Origin: Callorhinchus milii
Taxonomy: Eukaryota
Direction of reading: 5' to 3'
NCBI RefSeq assembly: GCF_018977255.1
Contig: NW_024704755.1
Span: forward strand, 9,672,001-9,736,000
DNA: 64,000 nucleotides
Below are positions 37,708 to 51,072 of the stretch, in pieces. Numbering within the stretch: the stretch's first letter is position 1; the number at the start of each line of letters is the position of its first letter. Under the pieces are notes generated by a model. The model worked only from the letters and a program-made list of their open reading frames with translations. It was not told the origin of the DNA and made no database searches. A program made the translations under genes and the position numbers.

Positions 37708-40339
37708 ACATCATCTGTTATCGTCCACCTCATCCATCGTCTGTCTTATTTACACCATTCAGTGCCAAACGCTCATTTTCAATGAGATGTAAATGATCCT
37801 GAGGTGCAGCAATGGTGCTGAACACCCTTTGAGTTGTGATCAGGACAATTGCACACCTGGCAAAACACAGGCAGAAATCCCGAATATTTCTCCCCCCCAA
37901 AAATATAATTTATTTTCCATCTAAATCAATATAGTAATCATGTAGGGCAGTTATTGTATTTAATGTGATTTTCTACTGCTTTTCAGTCCATCTGTTCCCT
38001 TACTTTCTCTAACATAGATTCATTTTTCAACATTCAAGTAACCAAAAGTACACCTACAAACTTAATGGATCTCCAAAAGGTAATTTACAGACTTGGTGTG
38101 AGATATAGATGCAAAATCAGATAATAATAGTTCATGTGCATGTTGATTTAATTGAACACATTGTTAATCATCTACTTTTGTACAGTACAGTATGTGATAT
38201 AAGAAGATACTTGTAAATCATACTTTTAATGCTCAGTGAAATATTAAATACAGGTGCCGGCATAATATTTCAGAACTTTAAGTAGTGCTGCCTACAGCGT
38301 AACATATTTTACAAAACACAATCAGGAGTTGAGTCATTTGTGTAAAATATTGCCCCTGTGGAAGTATTGTTGGTACCTCTATACCTTTAAGTTCATTCTA
38401 CTCAACTCATGCACACAACTTACATTTATATAGAGCCATTCGCATAAAACACAATAAATCAACAGCAATGATCTTCCGCACAATTGCCAAGCCTTCAAAA
38501 ACATTCTCGCGTTGCNTTTTTTTATAGCTGTTCAGGATCTCAGTCTTGTGATTGTGTTAATAGCTTGCACTCTTTCCTACAAGTCTATAAGTTAGTTGGT
38601 ACATGATGGCAGATTTTTATGCTCTTATTAGACTACTAAGTGATGCAACGATCGGTTCCAGTAGTTGAACAATTTCCCAACATTTTTTTGTGTCCAAAAG
38701 ACCCATCTTGAGACTTGTCTTATTAAATAGTACATGGGTTGTTCAGGGGGCAAGTCTCTGCAGATGCAAGTACAGGAGATCCAAGTAAGCAAGCGCTGCC
38801 TACAACATACGTTAGAGTTAAATTGGCCATAGCTGAAACCACAAAAATGCATTCTGCTTTCTTTTAAGGCAAACAGCAGAAATCAAGTGGCTCTAAACTC
38901 CCCTGGGCCATATGCAGATCAAATAAATTACTCCAACATAAGAGGAAACCAGTCAGTTCATCAATGCTAGTCGATGTGGAGAAGAGATTGAGCACAGTAC
39001 ATACGCTGAAGACAGAGTGTGAAAGCTGAAGGTTAGGCATATCCATAGCACTACCATACTGTACTAAAAAATGTTTAAAATATACATTGGCCTGTGGGTG
39101 CCAGTTGCCCTCTCACTTGTGGAATAGTTACTAGTATGCAGGTGGCCCCAAGGAGTTGGGCTACAATCATTCGCAAACAGGAGAAAGTGCAAGTGGAGGA
39201 TGGATGTGGATTAAATTAGAAATGTGGTCCCCATTACTCCACCCAGGATAAATGTAGCATTTTCATTATAATATGTTTTACATGGAATACAATTCCGGAA
39301 AACAGATGTTAAGAGAGGTTGGCTTTGTAAATGGGTTGAAAGGCGTCGACTCCAAAAGGTACAAGATCTTTAAGTTAATTCTCTGAAGAATATTTGGCAA
39401 CTACCTCTTTTTTAAACTCATCTCCTCCTAGCCCCCCGCCCCCACCAACATGTACAAATCATTTGGTACCTTGCTAAATACATCAATAGCATAATAGTGT
39501 GCCAGTGCAATCTTGGCATATTGGGAATCTGGTCTAACTATGTTTAAGTTGTATAACGAAACAAATTGATGCAAGATCCCAGAGGTTTGGAGGGATGCAT
39601 TGACAGATTGATCGCAGCAGTAAGAAGGTAGGAGTAAAGGTGTTTGCATTTTAGCCATGCGGTTGTGGCAACTTGTAACCCAAGCAGCAACAACAACAAC
39701 AACAAACAATATTACAACTCAAACCTTGAACAGACCCAAGCAGAAAGATGAGAGCTTTGGCAAAAAGAATACCAACAAGGTGAGTTGACTTTTATTAAAT
39801 TCAGTTCTTTGGTGTTTAACTTGTTCTGCAGTCAGTTTGTCAAGTACATGACAAATCAATACTACACGGCGACCAAAGAGTCATGATACCATTACAATGT
39901 CTAATATGTCTTCAACAAATTATGATTTGTTTAGATAATAGAGTAGATATCATGACTTTTTGGTCACCCTGTATATTAAAAAGACTTCAAAACCCACCTG
40001 CTCTTCAAGGTGGAATGGCTGTGTACAGGGGAGATTGTGGACAACTACATAATTCACAGCAGCATCACACTCACACAAATATAGGTTAATATAGCATGAA
40101 GGAAGCCTAGGTTCATGTTACTGATGGGCTTCATGGGTTAACTGCAGAGCTGTGCATGCGCATAATTCTGGCCAGGTTTGAACTGGCACTTTGCCTGATA
40201 GTGTTTCAGTGCACTTTTGAAGTCAGATTGTGAGACCTACATATTTTCACAATCATTTTAGTGCGTGCAGGCTTGTTTACATTTGCTCCATAGACACCGT
40301 TTCACAAGTTAATCATACCAGTTTGCATCTGCCCTGCAT

Positions 40340-40720
40340 GTTACACAGTGCAGGCGATCAAGCTAGTAATAAATACATGTTTGTCTCTCAAATGAGATTT
40401 TGGAGCCAGCAGAACAGTCCCATTCATTGCACATACAGAACCACAGCTGTTCTTTTACTGTTTTGTTTCCCTGCCAAAAAAACAGCATCTCCCCACAGGC
40501 AGCAGACAATTAATCTCAAGATAGCTTTATTCCCTGTTATACATTTTTTTGCGACCCTCTGGATGAGATTTACCTGTCAGCATGACAAGGCTCTAATCTG
40601 GATAACAAGTAGCGTACACACTTTGGAACCATTTAACTGCAGTTTTTCTGCACCACAATGCGTTAATCTGAAGTTGCGCAAACTAATATCAAAATCGGTT
40701 AACATTTCCAGGCCAAGTCT
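40340..40720. promoter_or_regulatory. Candidate conserved non-coding element
   Basis: Repeat-free; three taatct K50-like sites; ctgtca and tgacaa TALE sites. Confidence 0.3.
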
Positions 40721-41141
40721 GAGCTGTAAATATTCTATAAAACAGAGGGTCTCATACATAAATAATATTAAAGCAGGACATTGTCATTTTGGTATCAGCA
40801 TGAAACATTTCTAGAATTGGAAGTGTCACAAAATAATCTGCTGTTTAAATAGTTCAAATAGTTGTAACTTCATTGCAAAAGCATATTCGTGCAAAAAAAA
40901 GAAACAAACCCACATTATTTACGGCCAACAACAGAATTTCTTTCTGAAGTGAACTTTGTCTAATTCTAAACCCGATTGACAAATATTGATCGATAAGAGA
41001 AGCGGCATGAGTAAAACTCAAACTGCGTTGGAAAGCTGAAGGGCTCGAATCAGTGTCATTTTGAGGGGTGTGGGTTTCAGTAGATTTTTTAGAATTTGTT
41101 TTCTGGTTGGAGCAGATAATTTCCTTTTCTAAAAAAAAAGG

Positions 41142-41221
41142 AATACATAATATTTACATTTGATATAGCACCTTTCATCTCGAGAGGATGTCTCTAAGCG
41201 CTTCACAGGATTTAATGTAAA
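41142..41221 (-). mobile_element. SINE tail
   Basis: catttgatatagcacctttcatctcgagaggatgtctctaagcgcttcacaggattt. Confidence 0.8.
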
Positions 41222-41784
41222 GCCCATGTCGGACAACATGCCTGCGGGAAGGTACAAAATCCTTTTATTTGCACTAGAATCAGTGTTGTTCCGTGTTGTG
41301 TCCTATTACTGGGAGCTGGCAAGCGAAGAGTTGCTGTTGCTGTTTGGAGCCACACCAACAACGCTTTTTCTTTGTATTAGTGGCATTTAAAAAACACAAT
41401 TCAAGGGTTCCTGGTGGGTCAGGTTCTGATCCCTGGTGTGCTGTGCATCTGATGCCTGAAATTCCACAAAGTCTAATACTCTGACAGCATTTTGTCTTGA
41501 AATCTAAGATTGCACAGGATTGTGGAAGATTCTTCATTTCGAAAGCTGGTTTTCTGCAGACCTTAAACAGTATCAGTTTCCAAATTCAGCAAAAAAAAGG
41601 GGAAAATTTATTCCATGCACACTTTGGAGTTGTGCCTTCAGTGTCTTTTCAATTACTATGTATTGTAAAGCTGAATTAACTGATGGTTAACAGTAACATG
41701 AAATGAACCATCAAAGGAGAACACTTTGCAATAGATATTTATCAGGTCTATAATAAAGGATAAAACCACTGGATTTCTCTGCAT

Positions 41785-41970
41785 TGGTCATTGAGTAACT
41801 GACCACCAGTGTGGTGCTAAGCCGTAAAGATCAGGATGATCCCCTGGTTTGATCTCTGGTCTGGGCTGATCTCAGGTGGTTTGGAGTAGGGGCTGGGGAA
41901 GGCTGCTGCAAGTGATCTCCTCCTGGGTCAGGGAATCAACAAGGATTCCTGCTTCTGATTACAATCCATT
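41785..41970 (+). mobile_element. AmnSINE2-like SINE 5' half
   Basis: gtgtggtgctaagccgtaaagatcagga...ggtttgatctctggtctgggctgatctcag...ggattcctgcttctgattacaatcca. Confidence 0.7.
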
Positions 41971-42989
41971 TAGTTTCATCTGAGAAATGCGCACGGCAGA
42001 AGTCTGATGAGGATAAGAACAGACATGGTTGTGAAATCCTCAAAAAAGTCAAATACACTCACTATCTCAGGTCTCAAATGAAGAACAGTCACTTGTGCAA
42101 GGGACAATCCAGCCAGTGGCAGAAACCAGCACAAGTCAAATAGACAACTATAAAATGTACAAGTGTGGAAAATGGTCAATTTCATTTTACTAAATAGAAA
42201 TCGAGGATTTTGCATTCTGTGGATTTTTATGCCATTTCTCACATCCTGTGAACTGACACTCGATATCAGTAAGATTAAAATTCATGCATGCAGGAAAATA
42301 TGACTAACAAACAGTTATTATATGATGCCATCATTTATTTTTTTGACAGTACAAAGCATCAAGCCCCATGAAAAAATGATAATGTATTATACATCATTTT
42401 TGAAACAATTGTGTTGAAAATCCTCAAGAGTGTGCGTAGCACATTACTGGCCTTTTCTTCCAAGACAGAACTCGGCATTCATCAGTGCTTGTGGTGCTCA
42501 TGAATTATGGGTCTTTCACACTCGTAAATACACCAGTAATGCACCATGAGTGGTGAGATATACTATTTATCTCATGCATAAGAATGAGAAGATGCTTCCA
42601 GCCGCTCTGTAGTCAAATTACAGGAAGGAATTCTTTCTGCCGCCATGGGTTACTTCACCTCAGTTCCTGGGTTCAACACGAGTGCAAGGATAGTTGCCGC
42701 TAAAACTTTGCGGTAACATAATTGACTAATATTTAATTGTTCTGATACCTCCCACCTCCATCCCAGTGCAACTATGGAAGGCTCTAGAATCCTACCAACT
42801 TTTGCATAGTACCTCGATAAACAATCTTACACCACCGCTGTCCCAATCTATTCTGGAATCGTCCTATTTGAACAATTTACATGGAAGTATAAGGTATTCA
42901 TTTATAAGGAAGATAACCAAAAGCATGGTTGAAAAAATACAACTTATAGTATAGAAATATTGTTAACATTTAAACTGGTCAACCAATGT

Positions 42990-43086
42990 ATGATGGTAGG
43001 GCAGGGCAGTAAGTACACCTGGCTCTAACAGCTGTTTGGAGCTGAATGGCCTCCTTCTGCGCTGTGAATGTCTATAATTTTATGAA
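42990..43086 (+). mobile_element. CR1 3' tail
   Basis: gctgaatggcctccttctgcgctgtgaatgtctataattttatg. Confidence 0.65.
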
Positions 43087-46000
43087 CCAGCTGAGTTTTA
43101 AACATATTTTCCAATAGTCTGGTAAGTCTACTAAAGTAAGTGCATGGCATTTGTTGACATTACATTTGGGACATAACTCAGTTTAATCCATTTGTTAACT
43201 CAGTTGCTGCGTTGCAATTTGATACGTTGACAATTAAATATTTTATTATCCCCTTTCCCACTTCCTCTTCCACCACCTCCCCCCCAACACACCATGCTTC
43301 ATGAGGAACTGCTGAACAAGACTCCACCTCTTGTGTATTTAGTGCTTGTGGACAGTGAGCAATCACAGACATAGCCGAGTGTTTAGACCCTCCAGCTATT
43401 CTTTGACAATTATTTGGTGAGTTGGATTCAGCCAGAGTGCTCCAAAGAATGCCCGGGCTCCTAACAAATTAAATTACTGTACTCGCAAAACAGAATATTT
43501 TCTGGCCTCAATGTTACTAAAGCTTCAAATCAGTGTAAACAGACGTACGCCCAATACTGCTCCACTAGCATGCAAATTGCCAGCAATGTCTGAAAATCCC
43601 TAATAAAATGCAAGCTTTCCATTTTGTTTTCACTGCCCAGGTCTGATATCTGTTGCCCTTATGTTTGAGTGGGTTTATAAAATGATGGGATTGGTGACTG
43701 GTTAAATCAGCTATTCTTAAGCTTTGATAATCAAATACATTTTACACATTTGCCTAATATTCTATACACGTGTTCTCACTGATCTGAATGAATAGTTCTT
43801 GCAGCAGCTAGTTCTGGTCAATGTTACCAGTGTGGTCAAGTCACAACTACAATAAATAAAAATCAGCTTATGCAAGACACAAGACAGTTTATTATTTCAC
43901 TATTAAAAAATAGAGAGTTATTGTTCACATACACACAAACCTGCCTCTAGACATAAATGTAACTAGTCGAAAGGTCTACACAACAAATACCATTTTCATA
44001 GGGCACAACATATCTTTGATCAGTACCATGTCTTCAATAATGATTCAGGTGAATTTTATCACTCCTTTTACCCCACTTGTAATGAACAAATTCACTGCAT
44101 ATTACTCTGGACTTGATCTCTAGCAAAACACTGCTGGAACAAACAATTTGATTTGTCAACACCTTTACAAGGCATCTTCAATCACTGTCGCCAGTCCAAA
44201 TTTAAACAGCAAAATACATTTGACTGCAAGACCCCAGACTGATTAGAGCTCCGAGTTCAGTGAATTGCACTAGACAGGACAGCAATCAGATTATTAACTC
44301 TGCTTGAAAATACTCTCCACTGCCCAGGATTAGCATGAATATTTTGATATAGATCGATAAGCAATCTCCTCTCTATAAGAAATGCCTGCAAGATTCATTT
44401 GTGTGATCAAAGGTTTATATCAGTGACCTGAGACAGCTAGGTATTGTTTTCTGCCTTCTTTACAGCAGAACCTCTATAAAATGCCCAGGCTATCTTTCAC
44501 CTAATCGTGGAAGTCATCACAGGGTTACGAGATTCCATCTTCCTGTGACTACCAGAATAAAATTAGCACGGGAGTGAATTCTGGTGCAAGGCACATCAAG
44601 TCATTTCTGTGACTGCAGAACAGGTACAGAATTCTAGAGTTGTAACAAAACAAAAAAGACACCTCACAAAACTTCCTGAGCATCAGCTCTGCGCTAAGAT
44701 CTTTTGTTTCAACACTTCCAATAATAGGAGGTCAATTTTTTTAAAAAAAAAGCATTGTATATTCTGCTGACATTCTCAAGTGTAGCAGGACTGAAGCCTT
44801 TTTATTTAAAAGCCTATAGTACATATAAAAAGTGCTCCTGTTTAAATTAGAAGAGATAAATTGTTTTGAAGCTTAAACATCTTCACAATCTCCGTTCAAG
44901 TTATTAACTTTTAGGGGGTCACTGCATTCATAACTGCAGATATTTGACATCAGTTAGTGAGATGCTAAATTAAGCATAAATGATCTTGTAGATTACCAAT
45001 CTGCTAAGAGGATCTATGGATTTAATACTGTTCGCTGCTGCTGAATTAGGTAATTGTTTATCCTCTATGAATTAAAGGGGTATTTGATTCTTCACACACT
45101 GGTCAACAGCACACATACACATCACGATCAAGGACAGAAAAAGCTGACTAATTACTCTGAATTACAACCACACTTCAGAAAACTGAAAACATGAAGCGTT
45201 TCAGACTGAAAAGTTATTTCTATGGCTTTGAAATTTGATTAAAATATCCCAGTTTTAAAGAAGCAACATCCTCTAATCTATAAGCTTCTTACAACAAGGC
45301 AGATTTCTTAAGTTATAGGAACACAAAATATAATACGGTGTCTGTTTTTAATTCCAATATTCAGGCTATGAAATTCATTTTTAATTCACCTGCTCAGACA
45401 TATTACAATCTTCAAAGATTATCAACTTGTTGACCCACTCTGATTTTTAAAAAAATGTACTTTATAAAATATCCCTGTGGATATATGAACATAAAGAATT
45501 TACTCTAATATTTCGAAATAAGAGTGTGCAGTCTTGCCTATAAACAATTCATAGATAATGAAGCCAAGCAGGAGAGTTAGTTAGTCAAAGTGTGTCAAGA
45601 GTTGTCAGAAGTGAGTTCATTTCTGTTTGAAGTAGAGAATGTTACAGAATGGACTTTACAATGAGGCATTTTTCCTGTGTAGATTTTTCTCCCCTTCCTT
45701 TAGGAATCCTATTCTCCGACTAGAAGAATAGGATTCAGATGTGCACCTCCACCATCAATATCACTCTGTAAATCCTTTACAATCCGGTAGTGGAGTGCAG
45801 TTGTGCAAAAAAAAATGTGGGTCTTGCGTACACCTGTTGAACCAATACATTCAACTGAATTTTTTTCATCATTAATAGAGAAATAGAAGCTAATGTAAAA
45901 TATTAGTGTCATCATTTACTGACACCAAAAGAAACCTTCAGTAACTTGCTATTATTACCATGGACTCTCTTTCTTTCAGGCGAGGATTGTTTGAAAAAAT

Positions 46001-46331
46001 GTCTGAAAATCTTTTACTCATCAATGGAAAGCTGTTGCAAGAGCTGGATCAGGGTGATCTCTTGGCAGATTCGGGCTCTTGTGGCAGTAACAGAAACAAC
46101 CCTACTCTCAAGTAGCTGCGATTCTTCTGAGAATAAACTTTCACAAGCGCACATCTGCACCAGGCTGGCACACGATCAGCTGTGCCATTTCCTGTCTCCA
46201 GGCTTCACCCACATACTTCCCATTTTTCTCAATCCATGTGGATCTCCCTTTTTCTCTAGGCCTGTTCCCAATCACTCTGGAACATGCAATTCTGAGCATT
46301 AACTCACAGTCACCTTGCTACTTTACAATCC

Positions 46332-46520
46332 CAAACAAACCTTGTATTTGACATAGCAACTATAATGTTATGAAGTCTCAAAGCACCTCATAGGTAATTG
46401 CTATCAAACATAGTCAGTGTGTATTTGAAGGCAAATGCAGCAGTCATTAGTACACATCAAAGTCCCACAAACAGTCATGAAACGAATGACCTGTTTGTCT
46501 GGAGGATTGTTGATCAGGAC
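46332..46520 (-). mobile_element. Old Deu-type SINE 3' part
   Basis: ccttgtatttgacatagca...gtctcaaagcac...agtcccacaaacag...ggaggattgttgatcaggac. Confidence 0.7.
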
Positions 46521-46534
46521 GAGGGACAAACAAG

Positions 46535-46764
46535 AGGCTCTGGCCTCCTCTTTGTCCCTCGTCCCCTCCGCCATCGGTGGCCTTGCCTTCAGCCACTAAG
46601 CCCCGAAACTCAAACTCTCTCCTTGAATCCCTCCGTCTTGCCCCCCCTCCTCCCTACTTTCAAGTCCTACCTAAAGACCTTCCTTTTTTGATCGTGCTTA
46701 CGGTCACCTCTCCCCTCCCTCTCCCCCCTGGCTCGAAGGGCGCTATATGAATGCAAGTTGCTGT
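46535..46764 (+). mobile_element. L2 LINE 3' end
   Basis: ccatcggtggccttgccttcagcc; remnant TFKSYLKTFLF; tail gggcgctatatgaatgcaagttgctgt. Confidence 0.85.
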
Positions 46765-46897
46765 AAATGATGCCTTCCAATTCTGCAAAAAAAAAGTTAT
46801 TTTGAGATAAATGAAGGGTTTTTTAAAAAAACAAAATAAAAATTTTATAATGTGCGTAATGAACAGTTAGATCCAGTTCAACTTTGAATAAATGTGC

Positions 46898-47093
46898 AAT
46901 AAAAATGATCGTTGCATTTGATATAGCGCATTTCACATTGGACGGTATATCAAAGCGCTTCACAGGATTTAAATGCAAAAAGGTCTTGGGGTTTGATTCA
47001 CAAAATATACAGTTAATTCACTTTACATTATATTATGTGAAGTGCTTTGAGATGTGATAAGACGCTATATCAAATGCAAGGATTATTTTTATT
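46898..47093. mobile_element. Two SINE tails in divergent orientation (46898-46980 minus; 46996-47093 plus)
   Basis: The terminal 31 nt match as an inverted repeat at 29/31. Confidence 0.85.
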
Positions 47094-47954
47094 CCTTCGT
47101 ATTCATATTGCCAATGATGGGAGATTTAATCCCCAGAGGATCACCCTTTAAAATATCTGCTTCTGAGTAGCACTCTTGAAACGTCGTGCAAAAATAAGGG
47201 AGGAGTGAGAGGCACAGTAAATCTCCTTTTACGATTGTCAGTATATGTGCCAATTCTGCAGTGCACCCTGCTTGAGCACCACAACATTTCTGCAACGCCA
47301 AGCTAACAGAAACCATAGGATGAATCTGACCTTTTCAAACTGCTGACCATGGTAACAATCAAATAGTTTGCAATCGACTCATCTTGGTTTCCTGAATCAC
47401 AGGTGTCACTGGAGGAATGAGCACTGAGATCAATCTGAATGCTCTATATTCAAAATCAACATTAAAAATTTGCTGCTCTTATATCCCATTCAGTGTACCA
47501 TCTATCTATCGCAGAAAGATTGTGACTGACAACCCAATGCAAGCCCAATATCCTATCCTTTTGTATATCCTAGTAATTCTGACAGCTTCTCACTGCTTAT
47601 GTGATAACCTTCACTCTCACCCTGAAGGCTTTAGAGTTTTACTTAACCCATGATTTCTGGTTACTTGAACGCCTCGCAAGATAAGGATTGATAAAGATTG
47701 TTCAATGTCCCTTTCACACCCATATTCCAAGGTGCCTGCTGTTAAGGTAAGATCTCAAGTTCTCCAATGCTGGCACTTACAGTAACCTGAGAAAAACAGC
47801 AGTTTGCCACAACTGATAGAGAGTAATATAGATAACTATGCTCCCAGTCTTAGAAATCAAGCACTGACTGATTATTAAAGTTGACTCATGACTTGGAGCA
47901 CTTGTAAGCACATCTTGAATTCCAAATTCTTTGGAATAATACAAATAACCTTAA

Positions 47955-48604
47955 AAATAATAATCCTTCCATTTGATGTAGCACCTTTCACATTGGGAGC
48001 ACATCTCATAGGGCTTTACAAGATATACTGCAAAATATAGTGACTGCATATTTTGTGGGAGAACATAGCAACCCATTTGGGCAGAGCAACATCCTACAAA
48101 CAGCCACAAAGTCACAGCCAGCCTGGCTCATCGGCAGGACTTGAAAGGGCAGACCAGTCACTGGGGGTGGGGAATCCTACCACTCAGCTCCTGTTAACCC
48201 TGTAAGCCAAAGCCCCAATGAGTAGGATGGTCCTAGCTGGACAAGCAGCGGGAAAGCTTGCCAGACAGTGAATGCTATGAATGGCAAGATATGCGGTTTT
48301 ATCCACAAAATGAATGACGCATTTTATTTGGGGGACTGTTGGCTAGGACACCAGCCTTCACTTTTCGAATAATGCCATGGGATCCTTAATGTACAACTAA
48401 GCAGGCAGATGGGACCTCGGTTTAACATCTCATCTCATTTAACATCTCATCTAAAGAAAGGCACCTACAACAATCAAGAACACTCCACAGCACTGCATTG
48501 GAGTATTAGCCTAGACTATGTGAATACCAAGCTCCGCAGTGGGACTTGATCCTACAACCTATGATTTAGAGGTGCGTGCGCTCCCAACTGAGCCTGACTG
48601 ACAC
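47955..48604 (-). mobile_element. Full-length Deu SINE containing a 192-bp insertion
   Basis: Tail aataatccttccatttgatg; Deu core gccatgggatccttaatgt...gggacctcggtttaacatctcatc; head gggacttgatcctacaacc...aactgagcc...tgacac. Confidence 0.85.
48111..48302. mobile_element. Unclassified insertion flanked by a 7-bp TSD (ccacaaa)
   Basis: ccacaaa at 48104-48110 and 48303-48309; the host SINE is continuous once the insert is removed. Confidence 0.65.
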
Positions 48605-49280
48605 ATAGGAAAAAGGGTAATTCACTGCATTAATTTAGAGCATTCACTGTATTAAAATTCATGCACTAGCAACACCCCATGAGTTGAATGGGAAGAGCTG
48701 CCCAAATGAGTTCTTCTGTTACACAGATTCTCCATTACAACACAGGATTTCTTGCCTTCCTGTTCAATCAAAATGCATGTGCATGACCAATCAGCCCGAT
48801 CAATATTATAGTCAATGTAACTATGTGGGACTGGTCATTATTCATTGTGATTCATCTTGAAGCAAAGCTGCACTTGCTCTTGGAGTAGACAGAAACCTTG
48901 AAAATAACAAGAGTGTAAAGTGATTCCAGTTATGGAAAGGACTGGTATGATTAGGCCTTAGTCTTTCGATGTCATGTAATGTCAATCTGTGTCCTAAAAG
49001 GAAAGATACTTGTGAAACTTGGTCATTTTAACTACAGTAGCTATCTGTAACCAATGTTGAATACAAACAACCTTAAACATGCAATTATTAGTTTTCTAGC
49101 TGCACAGTTAGATCAGCAGTAGTCTTATCCAGATGTATCCTGATAACCTTCCAGACTGCTTTTAATCAGATATTTTCCAATTCCTGCCCCAAATTTGCCT
49201 TCTCTCCTGAAGTTAAGTATAAAGTTCTATGGGAGCTGACGGTTTAAACTTTTCACAATGTGTAGAAGCTAATCGTCACA

Positions 49281-49477
49281 CCTCACCTAAACAAGCACAG
49301 ATAGAACCTTGGTTTAATCTCTCATCCAGAGGACAGCACCTCTAACAAAGTAGCGCTCACACATCACTGCACTGGAGTGCCAGCCTAGAGTTGGAGCTTA
49401 ATTTTCTAATATGGGGTTTGAACCCACACCCTTTTCATTCAGAGGCGAGAGTTCTATGAACCGAGGGAGACCAACAC
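49281..49477 (-). mobile_element. Deu SINE 5' half
   Basis: ggtttaatctctcatccagaggacagcacctc...cactgcactggagtgccagcctaga...ttgaacccac...cagaggcgagagt. Confidence 0.8.
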
Positions 49478-50985
49478 TTAACTTCATCAAACCACTAAAC
49501 ATTTCTCCAAGACCACTATTCTTAACAGTACAACGTTAAAAAATAAATCAGGTTTGTGCGTTTAAATTTTTTAAAATGCACAAAATTTGTAGTAAAGGCC
49601 TCAGAGGCTTCAAAGATGCAGCCTGTTTGTAACTTATCATTTCAAGATGACACTGTAGCCAAAAGAATTGGTCTTTATTTCAAAAAGAATACGAACGTCC
49701 TTTAACATTGTTACCAATAGTGATACCGTTGTTATCAAAGTATCAGGTGATCCATGTAAGGATATATTAATGATTTGTTTGACTCCTCCTATGTTGTCTA
49801 ATTATACAGTATGTGTGTAGAATGCGACTTAAGAGACAAAACAGAATATTATCCTGAACCCCAGTGTAATATTTTAGTGGCCATTGTGCTACCAGAATCA
49901 CTACTCTTCACTTGTATTTATGGTAACTAAGCTGAAATGAAAGGACTGTGTTGATCTGAAAGGATGCACCAAAATGTATGTGGTGGAAATTTAATAGCTT
50001 TAAATGCTTGCAAACATGAAGGCGACCAATAATTACTGCTTCACATGGGGATTAGCTCAGCAAGAGACCAATGAGTCATTCTAAATGACAAATTATAAAC
50101 CTTTCAGTTGCCTGTTGCAATCCCAGTATTTTTACAACAAAAAGTGGTCTTTTTGAAAACGTAGCGTACTCCGTATGAATACTGATATAAAATTCATCTT
50201 ACTCATTCAATTAGAGATTTGTTTATAAAACAAGGTTTCACGCAACCAAGTCGTGAATTCAAAGTAAAAGCACCATCGATGTTGAACCAAATTCTGTTGC
50301 TCAGACCGGTTGGCATGTAAAAGGTTAACCACACTGCAAATTCTTCACTTTCAACCATGATTCTATATTTTACATAATCATATGCCGGCCGGGGAATCAA
50401 TAGTTTTGCCTGTTCTGATGGCTGGATATACAGGAAAGTGCACTGTGCAAGCCCAATCGACTGTTTGGTATTATTCATCCGTTACCTCTGTATAACCTTG
50501 CCACTTTCAATCATTCAGCATCACATTTCTGATGCCACAATTGATCTGGCACCATATCTGTAATTCTGTAAAATGACAATCACCAATAAGGTGCAATAAC
50601 ACCTTGCACAGGTTTCTCAGTGCTCTGGGGAAGGAGTCCACAGAAGAACGGTGATAGGGATAACCCCTCCCTCACCTATTATTGAGGTTAATAAATAAAA
50701 TATGGCCTTGAAATAAGAGACTGTCTTAAAGTCATGAGAAAACCTTCCTGTATTTGTACATTTCAGTGCAATGAAAACTGAAGGAGTTAGAAAGTGCATT
50801 GCGATTAAAATACCTATTTTATACCCAGTGGCAACAAATGGGTGAGAGTCGATGAATGTATCACATTTAAAGATTGCTGAAATAAGTTGCAAATTTGGCT
50901 CGTGTATCCACTTGCACAAACTCCAATCTGTTCCGTAAACAATGTGACTCACTAAATAGTTTGGATTCCAAAAGGTTTGGAATCT

Positions 50986-51072
50986 TCCCCTGGCTCGAGT
51001 TCAGACTCCGCCACTGTCAAGCGCTCTGTGACACTAGCCCGTGTGAAGGATGCTAAATAAATGCAAGTTGTC
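50986..51072 (+). mobile_element. L2 tail
   Basis: cccctggctcgagttcagactccgccactgtcaagcgctctgtgac...aaatgcaagttgt. Confidence 0.7.

Noticed and set aside
40230-40814. Longest ORF (194 aa)
   Set aside because: GTG start, random-looking composition, no domain or splice context; it overlaps an enhancer-like block.
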